Assembly (NCBI GenBank): GCA_964291265.2
Contig: OZ219747.1
Coordinates: 1,536,001-1,600,000 of the forward strand
Source: Alphaproteobacteria bacterium
GTDB lineage: Bacteria; Pseudomonadota; Alphaproteobacteria; SP197
DNA: 64,000 nucleotides
Direction of reading: 5' to 3'
Part shown: piece by piece, positions 1 to 8,357 of the stretch
Position numbering within the stretch: position 1 is the first letter of the stretch
Layout: every line of letters begins with the position of its first letter
Program-made: the position numbers and the translations under genes
Notes under the pieces: generated by a model
Database searches by the model: none
Told to the model about the DNA's origin: nothing
Seen by the model: the letters and a program-made list of their open reading frames with translations, nothing else

Positions 1-463
1 GCGTGACGTAGATCCACCCCTCCCGGAGGTCCTTGTGCACCTGCGGCGGCGCGATGGACCAAGGACCGGCCCTGTCACCGCTGAACGGCGCCCCAGGCAG
101 GGTGCCTGTGAGATCATGGGGCCAGGCGTGGCAGGGACAGACGATTCGTTCGGCGTCACCGCACCCTTCGAGAAGTTCGGTGCCGCGATGGCGGCAGAAG
201 TTGACCAGGGCCGTGAGGGAGCTGGCCCGCTGGTGGATCACAGCCACGGGCGTGTCGACGATGCGGTGGGTGATGCAGTCGCCGACCTCGGGGATCTCGT
301 TCAGGCGGCCGACGCAGACCCAGTCTCCGAGGAACAGCCGACGGGTCTTCAGGGGAGCGAAGTCTGGATTGACACAGGCCCCACGGGACAATGTCACGGC
401 ATCTGCAACGGACCGTGCGGCAGTGCTGGCGACAGACGTCGGAAGGTCGTCGATTCCGGGCAT
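1..463 (-). CDS. Rieske [2Fe-2S] ring-hydroxylating oxygenase alpha subunit, N-terminal part (runs off window edge; possibly degenerate)
   Basis: Absent from the ORF track. Manual minus-strand translation from ATG 463 gives MPGIDDLPTS...LFLGDWVCVGRLNEIPEVGD...LVNFCRHRGTELLEG...IVCPCHAWPHDLTG...EGWIYVT, with the Rieske CxH...CxxH motif. Confidence 0.8.
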   Translation of the reverse strand, partial: MPGIDDLPTSVASTAARSVADAVTLSRGACVNPDFAPLKTRRLFLGDWVCVGRLNEIPEVGDCITHRIVDTPVAVIHQRASSLTALVNFCRHRGTELLEGCGDAERIVCPCHAWPHDLTGTLPGAPFSGDRAGPWSIAPPQVHKDLREGWIYVT

Positions 464-485
464 GAAGGCGCGCCTCCGACGGCTG

Positions 486-1154
486 TCACGTCTCCTTCAC
501 AAGCACAACGTGAAGGTGTCGCGGCCCGTGCACACCGGTCTGGATGATCTGCTCGATGTCACCGGTACGACTGACGCCGGTGATCATGTTGACGGTACGG
601 GGCAGGGACCCTGCCGAGGCATGACCGGAGGCTCTCAGCCGGTCCCAGACATCCTCGGCGGCGCTGACTATATCGCTTTCCTTCAGGACGGCAATATGCG
701 TCTCCGGCAGGAAGTTCATCGTCGACGGGCTGTCGGGGCCCGAGATCATGATGAGCGTGCCCGTTTCGGCGACCGCGCAGAAGACCCGGTTAACCCCGCA
801 GTGATCGCTGTCGACGGGCTTGCGCCGTTCGGCGGTGATGGTCATCGCCGCCCAGTTCATGGCTTCGAGATCGTCATGGGGGGCGACGGCCACATGTGCC
901 GGAAGATTGCGCTGGCGCAGGTAGCGGGACACTTCCCACGGCACGCCTTCGAGGCCCGTCACGCGCACCACGCTCGCCTGGACAGCCTCGGCCTTCTTGA
1001 TGAACGTGTTGATGAGATCGACATCTGAAGTCAGGGCGCACTCGGGTTGCAGATTGCGCCGGTGCTCCCTGAGCCGCGCCGCTGCGTCGCGTTCCCGGCC
1101 GGCCGGCCGGGTCTCTCGGATGCGCGACAGGATGAACCGTCGGGCGTCGCTCAT
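486..1154 (-). CDS. lutC: Lactate utilization protein C (LutC/YkgG)
   Basis: MSDARRFILSRIR...AVAETGTL...FLPETHIAVL...ITGVSRTGDIEQIIQTGVHGPRHLHVVLV; start overlaps the lutB stop. Confidence 0.9.
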   Translation of the reverse strand: MSDARRFILSRIRETRPAGRERDAAARLREHRRNLQPECALTSDVDLINTFIKKAEAVQASVVRVTGLEGVPWEVSRYLRQRNLPAHVAVAPHDDLEAMNWAAMTITAERRKPVDSDHCGVNRVFCAVAETGTLIMISGPDSPSTMNFLPETHIAVLKESDIVSAAEDVWDRLRASGHASAGSLPRTVNMITGVSRTGDIEQIIQTGVHGPRHLHVVLVKET

Positions 1155-2575
1155 GGACGTTCCCCTGCCTTCCACCGGCTCTGGAAGGTGGCGCCGGCAG
1201 GGCTCGCGAGATTCCTTGTCCGTGTCCATGCACGCGTGAAGGGCAGATGCGGGAGGTGTCCCCGGCGACGTCCCATGGCGGCGAGGAAGCGCGTCGTCAG
1301 CGACGTGAGGGGGCGATAGAGCCATGGCCGGGAAGCGATCACGGACCACATCTGAAGTCCGGTGCGCATGACCGGCGGCGATGCGCCGCGCCGTGCCTCC
1401 TCGTCGCGCAGGCGGCGCAGGATACCGGGCAAGGGGATCCTCATCGGGCAGACTTCCTCGCAGCGTCCACACAAGGACGAGGCGTTGGGCAGGTGCGAGG
1501 TGTTTGCGAGCCCGGCGAGAGACGGTGTCAGCGCAGCGCCGATCGGACCGGAGTAGGGAGAGCCGTAGGCATGCCCGCCAACCCTGGCATAGACCGGGCA
1601 GGCATTGAGACAGCACCCGCAACGGATACAGCGCAGGAGATCACGATTCGGCCCGCCGATGAGGTCCGAGCGCCCGTTGTCGACCAGGACGACATGAAAG
1701 GCCTCGGGACCGTCATGGTCCGCGTGGCGCCGGGGTCCGGCGGAGAGGGTCGTGTAGGACGTCATGTCCTGGCCGGTCGCCGACCGGGCAAGAAGGCGCA
1801 ACAGGGTGGAGGTGTCCTCAAGAGTGGGGACGATCTTCTCGATCCCGGCCAGCACCACATGGACACCTGAGAGAAGTTGCGTGAGGTCTCCGTTGCCCTC
1901 GTTGGTCACGATCACCGTCTGGCCGGTTTCGGCGATGAGGAAATTGGCGCCGGTGATGCCGACATCGGCCGCCATGAAGCGGCCGCGCAGCATCTGTCTC
2001 GCATCGGCGAGAAGGCCGTCGAGGTCCTCGGATTCTCGGTCGGGCAAGTCCTTGTGATGGTGGTTGAAGAGGGCGCTGATCTGGCGGCGGTTCTTGTGAA
2101 TGGCGGGGGCGATGATGTGGCTGGGAGTCTCGCCGGCCAGCTGCACGATGTACTCGCCCAGATCGGTCTCCACCGCCTCGATGCCGGCCTGTTCGAGCCA
2201 GGCGTTGAGACCGATTTCCTCGCTCACCATGGTCTTTCCCTTGGTGACCGTCGATGCTCCGGCAGCGCGGCAGATCTGCAGCACGATCCGGCGCGCCTCG
2301 GCGTCGTCACGCGCCCAGTGGACATGGCCCCCCGAAGCCTCGACGGCCTCCTCGAAGGCGACGAGATAGGTGTCGAGGTGATCCAGGACGTGGTTCTTGA
2401 TGCCGACCGCCTCGTCGACAAGGGCGTCGAACTCCGGCAACGAGTCCCGGGCCCTTGCCCGTCGTGCCAGGAAATTGTCCCTGAGCCTGGAGAGATTGGC
2501 CTGCAGCTCGGAATCCGCGAGGGCCTCATCGGCGCCTTCGCGAAACCGCTCGCTTGCAAGCCGGTGGAGCGTCAC
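1151..2575 (-). CDS. lutB: Lactate utilization Fe-S protein B (LutB/LldF)
   Basis: ETDLGEYIVQL, PSHIIAPAIH, TNEGNG, CIRCGCCLNACPVY and SSLCGRCEEVCP motifs. Confidence 0.95.
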   Translation of the reverse strand: MTLHRLASERFREGADEALADSELQANLSRLRDNFLARRARARDSLPEFDALVDEAVGIKNHVLDHLDTYLVAFEEAVEASGGHVHWARDDAEARRIVLQICRAAGASTVTKGKTMVSEEIGLNAWLEQAGIEAVETDLGEYIVQLAGETPSHIIAPAIHKNRRQISALFNHHHKDLPDRESEDLDGLLADARQMLRGRFMAADVGITGANFLIAETGQTVIVTNEGNGDLTQLLSGVHVVLAGIEKIVPTLEDTSTLLRLLARSATGQDMTSYTTLSAGPRRHADHDGPEAFHVVLVDNGRSDLIGGPNRDLLRCIRCGCCLNACPVYARVGGHAYGSPYSGPIGAALTPSLAGLANTSHLPNASSLCGRCEEVCPMRIPLPGILRRLRDEEARRGASPPVMRTGLQMWSVIASRPWLYRPLTSLTTRFLAAMGRRRGHLPHLPFTRAWTRTRNLASPAGATFQSRWKAGERP

Positions 2576-3333
2576 GGTTCCGCCTCGCCGATGGCCGGTC
2601 CTGTCGCGTCATCGGCCAGTACCTCGGCGACATGCCGTGCCTTCATGGGCGAACCCTGGCGCCGCAGAATCCCGGCAATGTTGAGCAGGCAGCCGAGATC
2701 GGCCGAGAGAACCGTGTCGGCGCCGGTTTCCTCGAGCCGCGCGGCCTTGTCCTGCGCCATGGCGGTGGAGATGGCTGGATACTTGACGCAGAAGGTGCCA
2801 CCGAATCCGCAACACACCTCCCGGTCCTTCGCCTCCTTGAGGAGCGTGCCCTCGACGGCTCCGAGCAGGACCCTCGGGGCTTGTCTGGCGCCCGCCTCGC
2901 GCAGGCACGAGCATGAATCGTGCCAGGTGATCGTTCCTTCGAAGCGGCTTCCTGTCGTCGTGGCGCCCCGGACCTCGACGAGAAAGCGGGTGAGCTCGAT
3001 GGTTCGCGAGGCAAGGGCGCGGGCGCGCCCCTCGTCACGAGTGCCCTCGAACAGGGTGGGGTAGTGCCGTGCCACCATCCCGGTGCACGAGCCCGAGGGC
3101 GCCACCACGTAGTCATACCCCTCCAGGGAATCGAGCATGGTCCGGGCGACCTTCTTGGCAAGGTGCCGCTCGCCGGAATTGTAGGCCGGCTGTCCGCAGC
3201 ACGACTGCACCGGGACCTCGACATCGCACCCGGCGCCCTCGAGCAGGCGCACCGCGGCAAATCCGACCGATGGACGGAAGAGATCGACGAGACAGGTGAC
3301 GAGAAGCGCCACCCGCGGGCGGGTCGGCGTCAT
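2572..3333 (-). CDS. lutA: Lactate utilization protein A (CCG-domain Fe-S protein)
   Basis: MTPTRPRVALLVTCLVD...QSCCGQPAYNSG...PSGSC...HDSCSCLR...CCGFGGTF...DLGCLLNI; operonic with lutBC. Confidence 0.93.
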   Translation of the reverse strand: MTPTRPRVALLVTCLVDLFRPSVGFAAVRLLEGAGCDVEVPVQSCCGQPAYNSGERHLAKKVARTMLDSLEGYDYVVAPSGSCTGMVARHYPTLFEGTRDEGRARALASRTIELTRFLVEVRGATTTGSRFEGTITWHDSCSCLREAGARQAPRVLLGAVEGTLLKEAKDREVCCGFGGTFCVKYPAISTAMAQDKAARLEETGADTVLSADLGCLLNIAGILRRQGSPMKARHVAEVLADDATGPAIGEAEP

Positions 3334-4427
3334 GGTTCGGCAGAGGCCATGAGCGAGACCGCAATGGTCGTCGGCAGCAGGATCCAGGAGCGCCCGGGTG
3401 CTTTCATGGCGCCGGCCATCCGTGCGGCCCACTCGCCGGCGCCGAAGAAGATGTCGCCGCGCACCGCGCCGGTGATGGCGCTGCCGGTGTCCTGGGCGAT
3501 CATGAGGCGCTGCCACGGGGCGCCGTCGGGCAGCGTTGTCTCCAGCCAGACAGGCACTCCGTAGGCGAAGAAGGCATCATCCACGGCGAGACTGCGCCCC
3601 GGCGTCAGAGGTACGCCCTGGGCTCCCACCGGTCCCTCGCCCTCGAGTTCGCGGAAGAAGACATAGCTGCGGTTGACGGCCATCAGGCCGGCTGCCTCGT
3701 CCGGATGGGAGGCAAGCCAGGCCCGGATCGACGCCATGGACATGTCATCGGCCGCGATCTCGCCGCGCCGGATGAGTTCCTTGCCGATCGAGGTATAGGG
3801 GTATCCGTTGCCGCCGGCATACCCGAGACGGACCTCGCTGCCGTCTTCGAGGCGCACCCGGCCGCTTCCCTGGACATGTAGGAAGAAGGCATCGACGGGG
3901 TCGTCGACCCAGAGAAGCTCGAGACTCAGGCCGTCAAGGGCGCCGGCATCGATGGCGGCGCGGTCAGGGAGTGGTGACAGGCCGTCCGGCATCCGGTAGA
4001 CCGGCCAGCGCCAGGGTCCGGCCCTTGTCCTGGAACCCGCGAGGAGGGGTTCGAAGTACCCGGTGAAGAGACTGCCACCGATCCCGGTGATGCGCCAGGG
4101 CCGGAACCAGGCCTCGAAGAAGGCCCTGGCGTCGTTGCCGGAGGTGTTGCGGGCCAGCCGGCATCGTTCCTGCCACAGCGGCACGGTGGCCATGGCTGGC
4201 ATGCGACCAAGCGAGGTGTCGGGATCCTGCCCTTCGATGGCCTCGCAGGATCTCACAAAGGCGGCCAGGGCCTCTGCGTGGTCGTCCTCGTCCCAGCCCG
4301 GGATCTCGGCAAATCGCGCATCCTCGAGGGCGAAGGCCGGAAGGCGGTTTCCTCCGTGACCACACCCGTTGACGGCGAGCATGAGGCCGATGAGCGCCGG
4401 GACGGCCAGCCGGCGGAAGCCCGACAC
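3330..4427 (-). CDS. mltA: Membrane-bound lytic murein transglycosylase A
   Basis: Lipoprotein-like signal (LMLAVNGC), FTGYFEP, FFLHVQGSG, NRSYVFF and 3D domain AQDTGSAITGAVRGDIFFG. GTG start inferred just below the Tim44 stop. Confidence 0.92.
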   Translation of the reverse strand: MSGFRRLAVPALIGLMLAVNGCGHGGNRLPAFALEDARFAEIPGWDEDDHAEALAAFVRSCEAIEGQDPDTSLGRMPAMATVPLWQERCRLARNTSGNDARAFFEAWFRPWRITGIGGSLFTGYFEPLLAGSRTRAGPWRWPVYRMPDGLSPLPDRAAIDAGALDGLSLELLWVDDPVDAFFLHVQGSGRVRLEDGSEVRLGYAGGNGYPYTSIGKELIRRGEIAADDMSMASIRAWLASHPDEAAGLMAVNRSYVFFRELEGEGPVGAQGVPLTPGRSLAVDDAFFAYGVPVWLETTLPDGAPWQRLMIAQDTGSAITGAVRGDIFFGAGEWAARMAGAMKAPGRSWILLPTTIAVSLMASAEP

Positions 4428-4428
4428 G

Positions 4429-5094
4429 TCAGGCGGGGCTGCGGGTGGCGACCAGCAGCCAGTTGGGATCGCGTGCACGGGTGTCGCGGCAGAAGGTCCA
4501 GATATCCGTCACCTCGATGGCGTTCGTCGGGTCTCCGGCGATGATCCGGTTCTCGCCGTCCTTCACCACGTCGATCTGGTTGGAGCGAAAGCGCACCGTG
4601 ATGCTCGCCTGGTGGCCGCTCATGACGGCTTCGATGGCCTCGCAGTCGACGATGGCCACCAGTTCGATCTGCCTCGTCGTGCCGTGCTGGTCGCGGTTCG
4701 CGATGGCCTGGCTGAAACTGCGATGGACCTCGTCGTCGAGGAACGCCCGGACAGGCTCGAGGTCGCCCGCGTGGAATGCATCGAGGATCATGCCGAAGGC
4801 CTGGCGCGCTCCGGCGTGAAACTCGTCCACCTTGAAGCCGCGATCGACGCGCCCGATCCTGTCGAGGCCCCGGGCCACCGGATCTTCCGGACCGTCCGCC
4901 CTGCCGTCTTCGTTTTCCTCGCGCCTGAAGGGAAGTACGGTTCCCTGATCATCGTTGTCGGCGACCGGACCGGGCCTCGGCGCTGGCGGCGGCTGTTCGT
5001 TTCCGGTCCGCCGCCCGAGGACATTGAACAGTTTGAAGAAGATCACTGCCGCCAGCACGGCGAAGATCAGAATGTCCACGAGTCCGCCCGCCAC
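4429..5094 (-). CDS. Tim44/TimA family adaptor protein
   Basis: DILIFAVLAAVIFFKLFNVLGRRTG N-terminus and DIWTFCRDTRARDPNWLLVAT C-terminus; usual neighbour of mltA and fxsA. Confidence 0.9.
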   Translation of the reverse strand: MAGGLVDILIFAVLAAVIFFKLFNVLGRRTGNEQPPPAPRPGPVADNDDQGTVLPFRREENEDGRADGPEDPVARGLDRIGRVDRGFKVDEFHAGARQAFGMILDAFHAGDLEPVRAFLDDEVHRSFSQAIANRDQHGTTRQIELVAIVDCEAIEAVMSGHQASITVRFRSNQIDVVKDGENRIIAGDPTNAIEVTDIWTFCRDTRARDPNWLLVATRSPA

Positions 5095-5203
5095 ATCGAA
5101 TCGTCGTCCGGCAGCATGCACGACGCCGCCTCTCCCGCAATCTAGTCCCTTGCCGCGCCGGGGTCGAGTCGCCTGTGGCGCAACCGGGCCAACATCCCTA
5201 TAG

Positions 5204-5653
5204 ATGAGCGCCATGCCCGTCCTTCTTCTCGCCCTCTCCATCGGCCTCCCCCTCGTCGAGGTGTGGCTGCTCGTCGAGGTCGGCGGTTTCGTCGGCGCCT
5301 GGTGGACGGTGGCGTCCTGTGTCGCGACGGCCGTTGCCGGAGCGGCCATCGTGCGCCGCCAGGGCCGCTCGACTCTCGAAAGGCTGTACTCCAAGCTGCG
5401 TCAGGGCGGGTTGCCGCTCGGCGACATGTTCGCCGGCGCTTGCATACTCGTCGCCGGCGTGTTGCTCCTGGTCCCGGGTTTCTTCAGCGATGCGGCGGGG
5501 TTCCTGCTCCTCCTGCCCCCGTTCCGCGGCATCCTCTTTCTCGCTTTCGGACGCTACATCGACGCCGCGCAGTCCCGTCACGGCGGCCACACCATCGAAG
5601 CCGAGTGGGAGTCCCTCGATGAGCCCCCGAACGGCCGTCTCGACCGTCCCTGA
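5204..5653 (+). CDS. fxsA: FxsA family membrane protein
   Basis: LPLVEVWLLVEVGGFVG...RRQG...AGVLLLVPGFFSDAAGFLLLLPPFR; divergent from Tim44. Confidence 0.9.
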   Translation: MSAMPVLLLALSIGLPLVEVWLLVEVGGFVGAWWTVASCVATAVAGAAIVRRQGRSTLERLYSKLRQGGLPLGDMFAGACILVAGVLLLVPGFFSDAAGFLLLLPPFRGILFLAFGRYIDAAQSRHGGHTIEAEWESLDEPPNGRLDRP

Positions 5654-6177
5654 ACTCCACGGCCCGGGAACGACGCGGCGTCTCCGGTTGGCCGCGACCC
5701 TTGCGGATGACGAAGCGAGGGATCCCGGACCCGCCCAGCCCATGACGTACAGGGGCCAACCATCAGCTGTTCGTCTCCGTCATTGGCCGCCAACGTGTTG
5801 GGATGAGCCGTCGCTGATGGGGAGCGAACGACGATGTCTGGCGCGGGAGCCGTCTGTGGTGCCGATCTCGAAGGAGGACAGAGAGTCGTTGCGACGGCCA
5901 GCTCATCCATGCCCGCACGGACACGCGGGCCGAACTCTCATGGAACCTCATCATTTCCGAAGCGCCTGGATTTGTGCACGCTCCCGGAATAATCGGCAGG
6001 TTGACGGCCTGAACAACCAAGCCCACGAAATGTAGTGCCTGGCAGGCCTCCTTGCCATCGCCACATGCCAGGCAAGAACTGCACCGGGTCAACCGGAAAC
6101 ATCGGAAACAATCGACTTCCTGGCGGGTGCGAGGTATCTCCCGCGGGGGAAATCAGGTCGGAACGTCTGAAACTCCT

Positions 6178-7110
6178 ATGAAAGGTCCTCTCTGCATCGA
6201 GCCAAGGCAGCATGGCTCCGCACTCCGCCGCGCTTGGGGAGGCCGCTTGCGAACGTATCGGCCGAAACTGACCGGCGGCGAACCGCGCTTCCATGCGATC
6301 CGCAAGGCCTTGGTCCGGGGGGAGCTTGTCCTGAACGGCTTCAACCGCTGGCGGCTCCTGCCGGCGACCAGCCCCGCGACCGGCTGGACCTTCGTGGAGG
6401 CGGGGAGGACGGAGGACGCAGGCAACACCGAAATCGGCATCGTCCGGCGCGAGATCGATACGCTGCGCATCGTCACAATGGACGAATCGACCGCCGAGGA
6501 GGTGGCAATGCGGCTTGAGGAAGAGGACGAGCGTTCACATCTCCTTGTCGCGCGACGGGACTGGGGCCAGCATCCTGCGCCCTGTCCGGCATTCCGGCGT
6601 GTTGTTGCATCTGCGAGAAGGCGCGGAATGGTGGTGCACGTCATCGCGGCCTTCGGAACCGAGGTATGCGTCGACGACGAGCTGTTCCGCGAGGCGCGGC
6701 AACGTTGGCGATTCGATAGAGAAACACTGTACCGGCCGCCACCACGGAGCTCGAGCATTGAACGACGATTCGGCGAGATGCTGGTCGCCGCTGGGTTCGA
6801 TCCGATCCCTCAGCATCCGGTAGCCCGCTACTTCCTGGACTTCTCCGTTGTCGGTCATGCGGACGGACTTCCCGTCAGGCTGGACATTGAGGTCGACGGG
6901 CGGCGCTGGCACGAGGAATTGCCGGGTCGCTACCGGGTCGAAGACGAGCGCCGAGATCGAATTCTGAAGTTGCTCGGATGGAGGCCCGTACGATTCTGGA
7001 CCGACGAGATCGAGCAGGACGAAGCGGGATCCATCGAACGAGTCCGCAGGGAAGCGGCGTCGGCGATGCCGCCCGCATCACGGAACACCATCATGGAGGA
7101 GGAGCCATGA
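6178..7110 (+). CDS. DUF559/Vsr-like endonuclease domain protein; N-terminal half may be a degenerate SF1 helicase C-lobe
   Basis: C-terminal SSIERRF...PQHPVARYFLDF...LDIEVDGRRWH...DERRDRILKLLGWRPVRFW is a DUF559-type signature. Start uncertain (6052 TTG or 6178 ATG). Stop overlaps the next ATG (ATGA). Confidence 0.75.
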   Translation: MKGPLCIEPRQHGSALRRAWGGRLRTYRPKLTGGEPRFHAIRKALVRGELVLNGFNRWRLLPATSPATGWTFVEAGRTEDAGNTEIGIVRREIDTLRIVTMDESTAEEVAMRLEEEDERSHLLVARRDWGQHPAPCPAFRRVVASARRRGMVVHVIAAFGTEVCVDDELFREARQRWRFDRETLYRPPPRSSSIERRFGEMLVAAGFDPIPQHPVARYFLDFSVVGHADGLPVRLDIEVDGRRWHEELPGRYRVEDERRDRILKLLGWRPVRFWTDEIEQDEAGSIERVRREAASAMPPASRNTIMEEEP

Positions 7111-8357
7111 CGACATCGGAGCCGACCCGCCGACAACGTCGCACAACGGGACTCTCGGTTGCGCTGCTCGCACTTGCGACCGTGGCGCTCGCGATCGCGT
7201 TCTCGGCAGTTGGCCAGGAGATTCTGACACTGCCGGACAGCCGGCAGGAGGCGGCAGAGATTGCTGCACGTCTGCCCGTGCTGCGGGCGGATCGGGATGC
7301 GCTGCTTGACGAGGTCGCGGCGCACAAGGCCGAGCTGTCGAGCCTGCGAACGAGGGTCGAAGAAGCTCGCGACATTGCTGGCAGGTTGCCGGACCTGCGC
7401 GCCGAGGAAACCAGAGCACGTGCCGAACGTGATCGCCTGACCAGGGAGGTGTCAGCCCTCGTCGCCGATCGGGATTCGCTGCGTGGAACGGTCGATCAGC
7501 TTGTTGAGCGGAGAAGGGGCTTCGAGGACGAGCACCAGAATCTCGTCGATAGATCCAAGGCGGATCGGGATGCGCTGCTTGACGAGGTCGCGGCGCACAA
7601 GGCCGAGCTGTCGAGCCTGCGAACGAGGGTCGAAGAAGCTCGCGACATTGCTGGCAGGTTGCCGGACCTGCGCGCCGAGGAAACCAGAGCACGTGCCGAA
7701 CGTGATCGCCTGACCAGGGAGGTGTCAGCCCTCGTCGCCGATCGGGATTCGCTGCGTGGAACGGTCGATCAGCTTGTTGAGCGGAGAAGGGGCTTCGAGG
7801 ACGAGCACCAGAATCTCGTCGATAGATCCGAGGCGGAACGGAAACGCTTGGATGAGGTTCGGCAGGCAGTCGGTGAAGGGCGAGCGTCCCTCACGCAGAT
7901 CAGGGACGAGCACGCCGCGCAGACCCAGAAACTCGCCCAGCTCATGACTGACCTCGCGGATACGGACCGGCTGCTCGAATCCAAGCGTGCGGAACTCAAG
8001 AGCCTTACCATCGAGGAGCAGGACTTGCGCACTCGAGTTGCGCGACTGCAGGAGGAAGGGGAGAAGCTTGAGATCGGGAACCAGCAGGCGGCGGATCAGT
8101 CGGCCACCCTTCACGAAGAACTTGCCAAGACACGCACCGCACTGACGACGATACAGGGACAACGCGACCAGGCCAGGGACGAGCTGGCCAGAGCCAGGGC
8201 GATGCGGGATGTCGAGCAAGCCAATCTGGAGACGGTGTCCATCCGGCTCCAGCATCTGACAAGCCTCGAAGCTCGGGCACAGCAGCAACTCCGCGCCATG
8301 ATTGAGGATCTGAGCGCAGTGGAACAGACCCGCACCGAATCGGAGTCGTCACAGTGA
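7107..8357 (+). CDS. N-terminal transmembrane helix plus long coiled-coil protein (CnuA-like)
   Basis: RBS GGAGG upstream; hydrophobic LSVALLALATVALAIAFSAVG followed by ~380 aa of E/R/L/A-rich heptad sequence with an internal 91-aa duplication. Confidence 0.85.
   Translation: MTTSEPTRRQRRTTGLSVALLALATVALAIAFSAVGQEILTLPDSRQEAAEIAARLPVLRADRDALLDEVAAHKAELSSLRTRVEEARDIAGRLPDLRAEETRARAERDRLTREVSALVADRDSLRGTVDQLVERRRGFEDEHQNLVDRSKADRDALLDEVAAHKAELSSLRTRVEEARDIAGRLPDLRAEETRARAERDRLTREVSALVADRDSLRGTVDQLVERRRGFEDEHQNLVDRSEAERKRLDEVRQAVGEGRASLTQIRDEHAAQTQKLAQLMTDLADTDRLLESKRAELKSLTIEEQDLRTRVARLQEEGEKLEIGNQQAADQSATLHEELAKTRTALTTIQGQRDQARDELARARAMRDVEQANLETVSIRLQHLTSLEARAQQQLRAMIEDLSAVEQTRTESESSQ
7286..7831 (+). 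repeat. Tandem duplication, 2 x 273 bp (7286-7558, 7559-7831), one mismatch
   Basis: Both copies start GGCGGATCGGGATGCGCTGCTTGACGAGG and end GATAGATCC(A/G)A; the duplication is in frame. Confidence 0.95.

Noticed and set aside
5940-6035. VDGLNNQA resembling the ISL3 transposase motif VEGLNNK
   Set aside because: Too short, with no other ISL3 motifs or ends found.
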